Both the position numbers and the translations under genes were made by a program. From contig NC_090361.1 of assembly GCF_035084215.1 (NCBI RefSeq), forward strand, positions 6,820,001 to 6,884,000: a stretch of DNA of 64,000 bases, read 5' to 3'. Below, one piece after another: positions 14,061 through 26,567 of this stretch (within the stretch, counting starts at the first letter, position 1; each line of letters starts with the position of its first letter). This stretch comes from Heptranchias perlo (Eukaryota). Below the pieces are notes generated by a model. The model was not told where the DNA came from, made no database searches, and saw only the letters and a list, made by a program, of their open reading frames with translations.

Positions 14061-14495
14061 GAAGAAAGAACTTGCATTTGCCTTTCATGACCTCAGGATG
14101 TCCCAAAGCGCTTTATAGCCAACGAGGTACTTTTGAACTGTAGTCGCTGTTGTAATGTAGGAAACGCAGAAGCCAATTTGCACACAGCAAGATCCCACAA
14201 ACAGCAATGTTATAGTGACCAGATGATCTATTTTAGGTGTTGATTGAGGGATAAATATTGGCCAGGACACCGGGGAGAACTCCCCTGCTCTTCTTCGAAA
14301 TAGTGCTGTAAGATCTTTTACGTCCACCTGAGAGGGCAGTCGGGGCCTCTGTTTAAAGGCTCACCCGAGAGACGATACCTCAGACAGTGCAGGACTCCCT
14401 CAGTGCTGCACTGGAGTGTCAGCTTGGATTTTGTGCTCAAGTCACTGTAGTGGGACTTGAATCCACAATCTTCTGACTCAGAGGCATGAGGGCTG
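14061..14495 (-). mobile_element. tRNA-derived DeuSINE (SacSINE1/AmnSINE1-like), near full length
   Basis: B-box-like head; central ggatcttgctgtgtgcaaattggct domain; ...aaatgcaagttctttc tail. Many copies in this window. Confidence 0.8.
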
Positions 14496-16401
14496 CAGTG
14501 AAGCCGCCCAATGCGACCGGCATCTCAGCTTTCCTTCCTAGTCTGGGGACTATGGGGTTGGGAGGTCCCTGGCTGCTGCTTGCCACATACCGCCATACCC
14601 AAGAATGACTGAGAAAAAGTTCTCACTGTACAGGTGTGGGAGCTATAGGAACAAATGCACAGTCACAGGTATAGCCTGGGGCTCTACTTATTATGAAGTA
14701 GTTTCAGTGATGCTCCTCTGTTTGACACAAAGTGTCTTTACTCATAAGTTTGAGCAGCCTCTCAGGCCAATAATTAAAACGCATCACAGAAAACTATTTA
14801 CCCACTTAAGGCAAAGTATTTCAATGTTGTGAGATACTCTTCATTCATCACCTCAAATTGCTTTCATCGCTAGTGACAGAACTGTTTAAAAAGGTGTAAT
14901 TTTGAGCTTGCAGATCACATAAATCCCCAAAACCAACAAGCTCAACCTAAGCAAACGTGGCATGACAAATTAAAAGGCTTGTACAAATCCTGCAGAGAGG
15001 AAGGACAAGGGGCTCACTGGGACAAATACAAGAAATTGTAGATGCATGGGACAAAGAGTGATCAGAGGGAGAGAGAGAGATCCGGAAAGAGGGATAGGGG
15101 GAGCTGAGGCTAAGCATAACGGTAAAGGTTCTCTTAGTACCACAATGGTAAGGGCAGTCAGAGCAGAGGCGAAAACCATAAAATATTTGAACAGGCTTGA
15201 GACTGAGGGGTAATACAAAACAGTAAATATTCTGAATCAATACCTCCTCCAAATATTCACAAGGGGAGACAAGAGCAACATGGCCTCAACAAACAAAGAT
15301 ATCCAAATTAAAATCAATGACTCTTATAAATAAAGACAGAGGTCCTAGAGAGGCTAAAGAACTCACCTCAGCCTGACCGGCATCAAGAAGCAGCAACAAC
15401 AGAGCTCACCACAAGTGTGGATAGACACATGTAACGCTCCATTCCCCCCCCAGCGGTTAAGTGGTAATGTTAGGAGAGAGGGTGGGGAGGCTGCATTCTT
15501 TCACAAGACCCACATGAGGTTTTAAAAGTTCCCTGGTGCTTTAATAGACCTGTTAACCTGATAAAATGCAGCTTTGCACCAGGAGAGAGTTATACCGTAG
15601 CCGCTGGGATCTCAGGCCAGCAGGAGGTGTCCGCCTGGAGGACACCTCGCATCACTTAGTTGCAGTGCACTGGACATCAGACCTGCCGCTCGGTTTCAAT
15701 GGGCAGCTAAAGCCACTGTTTTGATGCAGGGGCAGTAGAACTACACTGTATAAATGTACTAGTGGGTATTTTTCCATAGTATGGTATTTCACTGAATCAT
15801 AGCATCTCACAGCACAGAAGGAGGCCATTCGGCCCATCGTGCCTGTGCTGGCTCTTTAAGCTATCCAATTAGTCCCAATCCCCTGCTCTTTCCCCATAGC
15901 CCTGCAATTTTTTTTCCTTTTCAAGTATTCCCTTTTGAAAGTTACTATTGAATGCGTTTCCACCACCCTTTCAGGCAGCACATTTCCACTGAAATCCTAA
16001 TGATCAGCACCCTACATGGGACCACCAGTTATGAATGGGAAATTTATAAGATTTTCTCCCTGCCATGCAGTTTTCTAATTTTTTAAAGATAGAAATTTTA
16101 ATTCACGGAAGAGGTCGTGTGCGCCACCTGCTGGTCAAATATTGGTCTAACACCGCAAATCTACAGTACCGACTGCCATCTACAGAAATGAACTTGCAAT
16201 TACAGCTTCTTTCTCTGTTTCAAGTCCCTCTTTTTTTCCCCCCCACTAATTCCTCTGGCCTCACAAGGCAACACATCAGTGGCAAATAATCTACTCCAAT
16301 AACCCACTATCAGTGCAGGCTGCTTGACATGCAACAGCAGCCAGCTGTCCCTCCTGGATGGGATGCTCACGGTGCACAGACAGAACCAAAAAGAAAAAAA
16401 T

Positions 16402-16630
16402 ACTTGAATTTATGTAGCACCTTTCATGACCTCAGGACGTCTCAAAGCACTTTACAGCCATTAAAGTACTTTTGAAGTGTAGTCACTGTTGTAATGTAGG
16501 AAACCCACCAGCCAATTTACGTCCACCCGAGGGGGCAGATGTGGCCCTCAGTTTAACGTTTCATCCAAATGTCAGCACCTCCCTCAGTGCTGCACTGGGA
16601 GTGTCAGCCTAGATTTTGAGCTCAAGTCCC
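16402..16630 (-). mobile_element. DeuSINE-like copy with an internal deletion
   Basis: Tail and head-proximal parts joined at gccaattt|acgtccacc. Confidence 0.7.
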
Positions 16631-17344
16631 ATTAATGCTGGGTGATGAGCATGCAGCGAGGAAGTACTAAATTCAAGGAGTCTTGGTGGAGCAAACAGCA
16701 ACGGCAAAGCTAGAGTACAGTCACACAGCACAGGTTAACAAATCTGAGCACTGGTTGGCCGATTTACTTCTGGTACCCTGTCCAGGTAGCTATTTTTCAT
16801 GCACGAGCAATCTAATGTGACTGCACACATATGAACTCCTGGTTAGAATAGGATTGGACTTGGCTCTGATGGTTTCAGCTGCCCATTGAAACCTAGTGGC
16901 AGATCTGACGTCCAGTGCACTGAAGCCAAGAGATGAGAGGCAGCCATCTCCTGGTGATCTGAGGTCGCAGTGCCTAGAGTATAACTCTCATCTGGTGCTA
17001 AGCTCCAATTTAACATGCTGAAATGGTCCATTAAAGCACCTGGGAATTTTTAAAACTTCATACGCGTTTTGTGAAAGAATGCAGCCTCTGCATCCTCTCT
17101 CCAAACATTACCACCTACCTGCTTGGGGGGGGGGGGGGGGGGGAAGCGTGTCCTCCCACACTTGCGACGAGCTCTGTTGTTGCTGATGCTTCTCGGTGCC
17201 GGTCATACTGAGGTGAGTTTAGCTCACATCATGGCTCTGATGCCTCCCATGGTCAAATAGCTTGTTGACAATTTTAGGCAAAAGGCGGGGGGGGGGGGGG
17301 GGTAGAATAAACACACAAGGAGGCAAAGCGTTTGGAAGACTTAC

Positions 17345-17463
17345 ACCTCGCTGAGCAGCTTTCTCTTTTTCAGTTCGTTCTTCTCTTTGTCGTCCAGGTC
17401 CCTGTCCTTCCCCTGTTGGACCAGCAGCAACTTTGTTTTGACAGAATCTTCAATGCAATCAGC
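17345..17463 (-). CDS. FARSA: FARSA coding exon 4
   Basis: gacag|ADCIEDSVKTKLLLVQQGKDRDLDDKEKNELKKRKLLSE(V)|gtaagt; 119 nt. Confidence 0.94.
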
Positions 17464-17952
17464 CTGTCAGAGGAAGGCATGTTATAGCTGAGCGTTAGAT
17501 GTTAGGAAAGCAGGCAAAAACAAAAGGATTCATTTAATTTGGACTCTCTGGACAACGAGCACCAAACTTGAGGGCACAATACAAAATTTCACAAAATTGG
17601 TTATTGGAAGCAATTTTTTCACACTGGGTGTTCGATATTGGACCAAAGTATCAGACAATGTAGTTAACGCCAGGTTAATTAACACTTTTGAAAATGAAAT
17701 GGATGGACAGGTGTGTCGAAAGGGGATCGAGGGTTGGAGGCATTACTGGATTGAATTGATTCACGCGTGGCTTAAAAAGAAAATATAGAGATCTGTTTGG
17801 GGGTGAGGGGAAAGAGACCCTGACTGAGGTAATCCAGTGTAGAATGTAGGAAGAGTGAGTTTGATGGCTGAATGGTCTTTTTTTTTTAGTTCCAAGCTGT
17901 ATGTTCCAATTCGTAATTCAGAAAAACTAATTGTTTGCAAACAGGAGCCAAT

Positions 17953-18128
17953 TGTGATAAATGGACCGCCATATGGTGATGGGTAGAATACTAGAGCCTG
18001 GACGGACGGACGGACACATACATACCCCTATATAAGCTCTCCTATATGAAGCATACAAGAGTGTCTCCAATTGATATCCAACACCTCAATACAATTAACA
18101 CTCTGCTATAAATCATACAATGAACACA
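17953..18128 (-). mobile_element. Second solo LTR of the same family (FARSA intron 3)
   Basis: Reverse complement shares agtgttaattgtatt.aggtgttg..tatcaattgg and ccaggctctagtattcta with 31380..31585. Confidence 0.7.
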
Positions 18129-20126
18129 AATCCCCCTTACCGCCCTGTTTTTGAACTTTTTTGCTCCCCTTCTGCCCCAACTGAGAAGATAGATAAACAG
18201 CTGGCTCTCAGGCTCACGACTAAACCACCTGCTGAGAAGACAGAGAGGACTGAGAGTTGGAACCCCCTGACTTTCCCTCCCGCCCTGTGGGGAAATGCCT
18301 GATCTAAACTCAATTCCCCTCCAGAGGACACAGGTAGTGAGCGAGATGGAGAATTCACCACCCTGGGAATTGCAGGTAGAGATTTCACATCTCACCAGCT
18401 TTGGTTCAGGTTCAATCACCATGTTTGCCAAGCTAGGTGCTGTTAGCACGAGGTCCTCCAATGCATTTCTCTACATTAATCATGTCTGGGAGATTAAGCT
18501 GTTGAAATGACACTGTGAATATTAGCACACTGTGTGACAGGATTCAGACTTGTACCGCGATGCTTGCCAAGCGAGGCACTTGTGTGGCAAGATCCTTATC
18601 TTGACTGTACCATCAGGGGACGGCACTGAGCCAGGTCAGGTACAGAGCGGCACCAGCAGAGAAACTGACCCGCTCGGCGGGAAATGGTGTTGGTGACATA
18701 ATCCATTGGTGCACGGACATTGACCAACAGAACACGTGAAAAGAAGGGACACAACATAAAAGGAGCTGGCTGACAATTAGGATCAGGCCAAAAAACATGC
18801 ACCTCAATCAAGCAAGAGTTATTTACCTCATCAGATCATGTGACTAATTCTGTGTTGCAATTGGTCTGCAGTTACATCATGCAATACCAACATAAACTTC
18901 ACTGCTATTTTTCCATTCAGAGTGTCTATACATATTCAATGGTTTTTCAAACTCTATCGTTATGTTGTAGGATTTATAGGTGTGCAAGAAGAAAGGCCAT
19001 TTGGTCGCTTCCTTTCAGAATACAAACCCACAGTGTCTTCCTAGACAGGACCTTGGAATTCGACATTTCAACTGAAGGACGACACCTCTGACAATACAAT
19101 ACCGCACTGGAGTGTCGGCCTTCATTCTGCACTCAAGTCCTGCGTAAGGTTCCAACTCTCATCCTTCTGACCCAGAGGCGGGCGTGGAATAAGGAACTGT
19201 TCGAGGGCCAATAGGTTAAACCATCACAACGTTTAAACTCAGTTCTGAGGAAGGGTCCATATACCCAAAAGTGTCTTGTCTATTCCCTCCACAGATGCTG
19301 CCTGACCTGCCGAGCGTTTCCAGGATTTTCTGTTTTTATTCCAGCACTTTGCTTTTTCTACAACATTTAAACTTAGTTCTCAAAAAAAAAATTCCCTTCG
19401 CTCAAGTATGGCTGTCATGGGTATATCCAAAGATACGAGCAGGAGTATACTATGACTCCATACAATGTATCCTCCTGCACAAGTATACTTGATAATTTTA
19501 CAATGAATGCTGGAGTGATAAATGCGTGCACAAGCACATACAAACAATTTTTTTCTTTTAAATAGCTTCAGCACTCCTGGTTACCTTCCAGCACACCCTG
19601 CAATATCCCCACCACCGCCCATGGGAGAATGATCTGCAGCAGAGGTAAGTATTCTATAACTTGTGATTTGAAAGACAGACATTAACTGAAAAGATTCTCT
19701 CTACAAAAGTGAGGTAAGGTGAAAAGAAAAACTGCAACTACTGAAAATTTGAAATACACCAGAAATTGGTGGAAACACGGAGCAGGTTGGTCACACCTGG
19801 GAAGGCGGGTGTGGGGGGGAAAAGAGAGAACAATAAAAAAGGCAGGTCATTGTTGGGTAGACACCCTGGAAACATCTCCACCTGAAGCCAGGACATTAAT
19901 CTGTCTGGTCTGTTTTCCCTTGCTGATGGACCTGCTGAGCATCACTGGCATTTTTTTGATTTCATCCCTCGACAAAGATTACAGTTCTGGGAGGGGGAAA
20001 TCCGAGTTCCAAAAGAGAATATTGCCTTCAGCTGATTAAATCTGGATAGCTCTGCACGGGTTAAGAGATTCAAGTTATACAGATACCAGGGAGTTTGGGG
20101 TCGACTTGGATCACTCGTCTACCTAC

Positions 20127-20225
20127 AGCCTTATAGATCCGAGGTCCCCCTTCAGCCTTCTTGTCTATGCGGATCCACTTATTAGACATGGCCTTGCTGA
20201 ACCCGACTTTTCCACTTGGGAGTTT
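20127..20225 (-). CDS. FARSA: FARSA coding exon 3
   Basis: cacag|[33 protein letters not shown]|gtaggt; 99 nt. Confidence 0.95.
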
Positions 20226-20396
20226 CTGTGCAAAAGTCGGAAAGAAAAAAGGTTAGTTTTTGAAAACAGCATTTAATCCTATGCAAATAATGCTGTTAAA
20301 TCGCATTTTTTGCAGATCTAAATACGGCATTAGAGGCTGACTCAAGACAGGCCCAAGACTTTTAAAACAGTACAGTAATCGTCGCAACGTGCTCAC

Positions 20397-20534
20397 CATC
20401 AGATCACCCTGAGTAATTCCATTTGGTGGAATGGCATCGAAGACTTGGGCTTCATGGCTGCCTTTCTCCACGATTTCTTTCCCTTCGTCGGTCAGCTCCC
20501 AGTGCTTGCTGGATCGCAACTCTGCCTCAATCAT
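20397..20534 (-). CDS. FARSA: FARSA coding exon 2
   Basis: ctgcag|MIEAELRSSKHWELTDEGKEIVEKGSHEAQVFDAIPPNGITQGDLM|gtgagc; 138 nt, phase 0-0. Confidence 0.96.
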
Positions 20535-20799
20535 CTGCAGCGAGAATAAACCCGAACATCAGCATTTTGTTTTTTGTTTGTGGTGTCTCGCTTTGCTCAA
20601 CAGGAAATAGAGAAACAAATAATAAAAAAGGATCCAACATTGATGCAGAAACCAATATTCAATGTCGAGCACCTCCACTGGCTCCAGTTGGTAATAGTAG
20701 AATGTAATGGAGGCAGAAGACTAGAAGGTCCTTATGGTGCTTGTGATTCTGAGCCCGTGTAAACCCACCATACCGTGGCTGCAGGGTGCACTATACAGG

Positions 20800-21120
20800 A
20801 TGCAACTCGCTAAGACTTCCTCGGCAGCACCACCCAAACCTGCAACCTCCACCTAGAAGGGGATAAGGGGAGCAGGTGCATGGGAACACCACCACCACCA
20901 CCTCCAAGTCACCATCCTGACCTGGACATACGATCGCTCCTTCCTTTGTGGTCGCTGGGTCAAAATCCAGCAACCCCTCTCCCTAGCAACACTGCAGGAG
21001 CTCCTTCACCGCACGGACTGCTGTTCAAGAAGGCGGCCCAGCACCACCTTCCCAAGGGCAATTAGGTAGAGATGGGCAATAAATGCCAGTGATGCCCACA
21101 TCACAAGGGATGAAATGAAA
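20800..21120 (+). mobile_element. LINE 3' end fragment (CR1/L2 group)
   Basis: ttcaagaaggcggcccagcaccacctt...gggcaataaatgcc...gatgcccacatc tail. Confidence 0.6.
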
Positions 21121-21248
21121 TAAGACCCTCCTTGTAATTACAATGCAGCTCCCTGCTGGGAGCCTCCTGTCAGACACTGACACTGCTCCAGTTGTGTGCA
21201 TAGTTTGGGACATTGTGTCTATCTATTACCTGCCAACCTGAATCTGGC

Positions 21249-24200
21249 ATTAAGGGCGCCCTCCCCCCCCCCCCCTTAAAGCGGGCGTTAAGGGCGCCCT
21301 CCCCCCCCCCCACCTTAAAGCGGGCGTTAAGGGGCGCCCTCCCCCCCCCCCCCCACCTTAAAGCGGGCGTTAAGGGGCGCCCTCCCCCCCCCCCCCCCAC
21401 CTTAAAGCGGGCGTTAAGGGGCGCCCTCCCCCTCTCCCCTTAAAGCGGGCGTTAAGGGGCGCCCTCCCCCTCTCCCCTTAAAGCGGGCGTTAAGGGGCGC
21501 CCTCCCCCTCTCCCCTTAAAGCGGGCGTTAAGGGGCGCCCTCCCCCTCTCCCCTTAAAGCGGGCGTTAAGGGGGGGCCCTCTCTCCCCTTAAAGCGGGCG
21601 TTAAGGGGGGGCCCTCTCTCCCCTTAAAGCGGGCGTTAAGGGGGGGCCCTCTCTCCCCTTAAAGCGGGCGTTAAGGGGGGGCCCTCTCTCCCCTTAAAGC
21701 GGGCGTTAAGGGGGGGCCCTCTCTCCCCTTAAAGCGGGCGTTAAGGGGGCGCCCTCTCTCCCCTTAAAGCGGGCGTTAAGGGGGCGCCCTCTCTCCCCTT
21801 AAAGCGGGCGTTAAGGGGGCGCCCTCTCTCCCCTTAAAGCGGGCGTTAAGGGGGCGCCCTCTCTCCCCTTAAAGCGGGCGTTAAGGGGGCGCCCTCTCTC
21901 CCCTTAAAGCGGGCGTTAAGGGGGCGCCCTCTCTCCCCTTAAAGCGGGCGTTAAGGGGGGGCCCTCTCTCCCCTTAAAGCGGGCGTTAAGGGGGGGCCCT
22001 CTCTCCCCTTAAAGCGGGCGTTAAGGGGGGGCCCTCTCTCCCCTTAAAGCGGGCGTTAAGGGGGCGCCCTCTCTCCCCTTAAAGCGGGCGTTAAGGGGGC
22101 GCCCTCTCTCCCCTTAAAGCGGGCGTTAAGGGGGCGCCCTCTCTCCCCTTAAAGCGGGCGTTAAGGGGGCGCCCTCTCTCCCCTTAAAGCGGGCGTTAAG
22201 GGGGCGCCCTCTCTCCCCTTAAAGCGGGCGTTAAGGGGGCGCCCTCTCTCCCCTTAAAGCGGGCGTTAAGGGGGCGCCCTCTCTCCCCTTAAAGCGGGCG
22301 TTAAGGGGGCGCCCTCTCTCCCCTTAAAGCGGGCGTTAAGGGGGCGCCCTCTCTCCCCTTAAAGCGGGCGTTAAGGGGGCGCCCTCTCTCCCCTTAAAGC
22401 GGGCGTTAAGGGGGCGCCCTCTCTCCCCTTAAAGCGGGCGTTAAGGGGGCGCCCTCTCTCCCCTTAAAGCGGGCGTTAAGGGGGCGCCCTCTCTCCCCTT
22501 AAAGCGGGCGTTAAGGGGGCGCCCTCTCTCCCCTTAAAGCGGGCGTTAAGGGGGGCCCTCTCTCCCCTTAAAGCGGGCGTTAAGGGGGGCCCTCTCTCCC
22601 CTTAAAGCGGGCGTTAAGGGGGGCCCTCTCTCCCCTTAAAGCGGGCGTTAAGGGGGGCCCTCTCTCCCCTTAAAGCGGGCGTTAAGGGGGGCCCTCTCTC
22701 CCCTTAAAGCGGGCGTTAAGGGGGGCCCTCTCTCCCCTTAAAGCGGGCGTTAAGGGGGGCCCTCTCTCCCCTTAAAGCGGGCGTTAAGGGGGGCCCTCTC
22801 TCCCCTTAAAGCGGGCGTTAAGGGGGGCCCTCTCTCCCCTTAAAGCGGGCGTTAAGGGGGGCCCTCTCTCCCCTTAAAGCGGGCGTTAAGGGGGGCCCTC
22901 TCTCCCCTTAAAGCGGGCGTTAAGGGGGGGCCCTCCCTCCCCTTAAAGCGGGCGTTAAGGGGGGGCCCTCCCTCCCCTTAAAGCGGGCGTTAAGGGGGGG
23001 CCCTCCCTCCCCTTAAAGCGGGCGTTAAGGGGGGGCCCTCCCTCCCCTTAAAGCGGGCGTTAAGGGGGGCCCTCCCTCCCCTTAAAGCGGGCGTTAAGGG
23101 GGGGCCCTCCCTCCCCTTAAAGCGGGCGTTAAGGGGGGGCCCTCCCTCCCCTTAAAGCGGGCGTTAAGGGGGGGCCCTCCCTCCCCTTAAAGCGGGCGTT
23201 AAGGGGGGGCCCTCCCTCCCCTTAAAGCGGGCGTTAAGGGGGGGCCCTCCCTCCCCTTAAAGCGGGCGTTAAGGGGGGGCCCTCCCTCCCCTTAAAGCGG
23301 GCGTTAAGGGGGGGCCCTCCCTCCCCTTAAAGCGGGCGTTAAGGGGGGGCCCTCCCTCCCCTTAAAGCGGGCGTTAAGGGGGGGCCCTCCCTCCCCTTAA
23401 AGCGGGCGTTAAGGGGGGGCCCTCCCTCCCCTTAAAGCGGGCGTTAAGGGGGGGCCCTCCCTCCCCTTAAAGCGGGCGTTAAGGGGGGGCCCTCCCTCCC
23501 CTTAAAGCGGGCGTTAAGGGGGGGCCCTCCCTCCCCTTAAAGCGGGCGTTAAGGGGGGGCCCTCCCTCCCCTTAAAGCGGGCGTTAAGGGGGGGCCCTCC
23601 CTCCCCTTAAAGCGGGCGTTAAGGGGGGGCCCTCCCTCCCCTTAAAGCGGGCGTTAAGGGGGGGCCCTCCCTCCCCTTAAAGCGGGCGTTAAGGGGGGGC
23701 CCTCCCTCCCCTTAAAGCGGGCGTTAAGGGGGGGCCCTCCCTCCCCTTAAAGCGGGCGTTAAGGGGGGGCCCTCCCTCCCCTTAAAGCGGGCGTTAAGGG
23801 GGGGCCCTCCCTCCCCTTAAAGCGGGCGTTAAGGGGGGGCCCTCCCTCCCCTTAAAGCGGGCGTTAAGGGGGGGCCCTCCCTCCCCTTAAAGCGGGCGTT
23901 AAGGGGGGGCCCTCCCTCCCCTTAAAGCGGGCGTTAAGGGGGGGCCCTCCCTCCCCTTAAAGCGGGCGTTAAGGGGGGGCCCTCCCTCCCCTTAAAGCGG
24001 GCGTTAAGGGGGGGCCCTCCCTCCCCTTAAAGCGGGCGTTAAGGGGGGGCCCTCCCTCCCCTTAAAGCGGGCGTTAAGGGGGGGCCCTCTCTCCCCTTAA
24101 AGCGGGCGTTAAGGGGGGGCCCTCCCTCCCCTTAAAGCGGGCGTTAAGGGGGGGGCCCTCCCTCCCCTTAAAGCGGGCGTTAAGGGGGGGGCCCTCCCTC

Positions 24201-24420
24201 CCCTTAAAGCGGGCGTTAAGGGGGGGGCCCTCCCTCCCCTTAAAGCGGGCGTTAAGGGGGGGGCCCTCCCTCCCCTTAAAGCGGGCGTTAAGGGGGGGCC
24301 CTCCCTCCCCTTAAAGCGGGCGTTAAGGGGGGGCCCTCCCTCCCCTTAAAGCGGGCGTTAAGGGGGGGCCCTCCCTCCCCTTAAAGCGGGCGTTAAGGGG
24401 GGGCCCTCCCTCCCCTTAAA
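21249..24420. repeat. GC-rich minisatellite, 34-36-bp unit, about 90 copies, in FARSA intron 1
   Basis: Unit CCCCTTAAAGCGGGCGTTAAGGGGG(C/G)GCCCTC(T/C)CT repeated head to tail. Confidence 0.99.
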
Positions 24421-24465
24421 ACGAACGCCGCTCCCCTCTAAATTATTTACACCACCAACACTTAC

Positions 24466-24609
24466 ATCGCCCAACGTCTGCAGGCTTTTGACGGCCCCCA
24501 CCACCAGCTGGTGATCGAGGCCCAGGGCGACGGCCAGGTCCCCGCTGTCGGCGCCGCCATCCGCCTTTTCCAGCCGCAGCAACAAAGCCTCGAGCACCGG
24601 CTCCGCCAT
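24466..24609 (-). CDS. FARSA: Phenylalanine-tRNA ligase alpha subunit, coding exon 1
   Basis: caagATGgcg start; MAEPVLEALLLRLEKADGGADSGDLAVALGLDHQLVVGAVKSLQTLGD resembles the vertebrate FARSA N-terminus; donor GAT|gtaagt; 144 nt. Confidence 0.95.
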
Positions 24610-24972
24610 CTTGCCGCACCAGCCCTGACCTCTCACCCCGGCGACAGGCAGCTGCTGGAGAATAAAACAAATATATATAGATCATAAAACTTTTCTCACA
24701 GCGCCAAATAATCATCCCTTTCAAATCATTCTATAAAATCTACACCATTTAAAATATTTTATTTCTAATTGGTTTAAATGTGATCACGTGTCACAGCTCA
24801 CTATCCCAGAGATTCAACATAAGCCAATTTGGATAATATTTTCTAGTTTCTATTTTTAATCTTATTGATAACGTGGGTTTGATTAATTATTAATTATCAT
24901 ACACTATATATATTGTTTTCTTTTAAAGAACTTTCTTCCTGTTCAATAATTGCAATAGAATTTTCATCCAAA

Positions 24973-25072
24973 TCTATCTATCTCTCAACATCTCTATCTA
25001 TCTATCTATCTGTGTCACTATCTATTTCTATCTCTCCATCTATTTCTCCCTATCTCTATTTATCTATCTATC
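24973..25072 (+). repeat. Degenerate (TCTA)n microsatellite
   Basis: tctatctatc runs with interruptions. Confidence 0.85.
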
Positions 25073-25074
25073 AT

Positions 25075-25280
25075 TAGGTTTTCCAACCCTCCAGGATTGT
25101 CCTGGAATCTCAAGCAATTAAATATCAATCTCCTGGACACCACTGCGAGCAACCCGGGAGAAACAACGTAGGGGCATTAAAAAACATTGTGCACTTTTTT
25201 TCATGTTCTTTAAACACTTTCATTTACGAGTGTGGCCGTCAAGTCCGGTCGGATGTATTCCTGGAGGTTTGATCGCATGC
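25075..25280 (+). mobile_element. Possible hAT-type non-autonomous DNA transposon fragment
   Basis: taggttttccaaccctccagga terminus resembling TAGGGTTGCCAAC-type TIRs; internal ctcctgga/tccagga motifs. Confidence 0.4.
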
Positions 25281-26078
25281 CATTTGATCATGTGATGTTT
25301 GCCCACAGTTTGCAAATCTTATTGCGCTGAGCAGCCTGTTTGTTACTGCACTCACTGAGCAGATGTGAGAGGCTCTATTGACCATCATTCCTGTTCCAGG
25401 GTCCTGGGACTCTTGTCCTGGTTGACAAACCTTTCAGAACGCTTGCAGGCCAACACAAAGGGAGTGCGCAGGAGGCTTCAGTCTGACCCCTGACAGTGCC
25501 TTAGCTTGAGTTGTGAAAGAGAAAAAAATTCAAAATGATGGAGCGAGAAGTCCCACACATGCAAAACAGACCTTTAAACACCAGCACCTTCATTTGCAAA
25601 TACCGAGTCAGCCATTTCGTTTACATCCACGTGTATGACCATAAACCTATTTAAATAATCCTTAAATACAACAATAAAACAAACCTCAAGCTCTAGCTTC
25701 TCATAGATACAACTTCTCGAAGCTCAGATATACAATACAGTCAATGGCTCAGAGGTAACTATTAAACTATAAATACTATCAAATCAACATATATGAAAAT
25801 AAGGACTGAGTGTATGAGTTGAAAAATGGGAAGTAAATTATATCTGTGCAAGCTGATCCAATTATCCCCTGCCCTATAACCCCACTTCACCTTAAGATTA
25901 CACCTAGCCTTGGCTCTCTGTGTGCAACACCACAGGAGATTTAATAACGAATTATTAAAATTTTTGTGTATGCGTGCACTTCTTGTCCAACTTTCTGATT
26001 TTTGGTCATGCTTTTAAGTCAACATTTAACATTGAAATTGTCTGTATAAACATTTAGAATGGAAATCCTGTATGTAAA

Positions 26079-26520
26079 CAACATTTATATAGCTCCTTTA
26101 ACATAGTAAAACATCCCCAAGGCACTTCACAGGAGCGATTATCAAACAAAATCCAACACCGAACTATGTAAGGAGATATTAGGACAGGTGACCAAAAGCT
26201 TGGTCAAACAGGTAGGTTTTAAGGAACATCTTAAAGGAGGAGAGAGAGGTAGAGAGGTTTAGGGAGGGAATTCCAGAGCTTAGGGCCCAGGCAGCTGAAG
26301 GCACGGCCGCCAATGGTGGAGCGATAGAAATCGGGGATGCGCAAGAGGCCAGAATCGGAGGAGCGCAGAGATCTCGGAGGGTTGTAGGACTGGAGGAGGT
26401 TACACAGATAGGGAAGGGCAAGGCCATGGAGGGATTTGAAAACAAGGATGAGAATTTTAAAATCGAGGCACTGCTGGACCGGGAGCCAATGTAGGTCAGA
26501 GGGAAAAGGGGTGATGGGTT
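26079..26520 (-). mobile_element. L2-type LINE 3' fragment. Related copies at 1990..2560, 30690..31000, 40325..40500, and on the plus strand at 35500..36000
   Basis: LHWLPVQQCLDFKILILVFKSLHGLALPYLCNLL...GGRAFSCLGPKLWNSLP, typical of the L2 ORF2 C-terminus. Confidence 0.88.
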
Positions 26521-26567
26521 GCCTGTAACAATGTAGTTGCAGGCTCTGGCCAGTAGGCAGTGCTATG

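Noticed and set aside
14762-14851. Possible intronic C/D snoRNA on the FARSA sense strand (GTGATGA...CTGA, 90 nt)
   Set aside because: No tight terminal stem and no rRNA/snRNA-complementary guide that I can recognise; such box pairs arise by chance. A snoscan or Infernal search would settle it.
16642-16747. GTGATGA...CTGA box pair on the plus strand
   Set aside because: Antisense to the host gene and no recognisable guide.
21249-24420. CRISPR-like array of palindromic ~35-bp repeats
   Set aside because: No unique spacers, no cas genes, vertebrate intron context; it is a tandem minisatellite.
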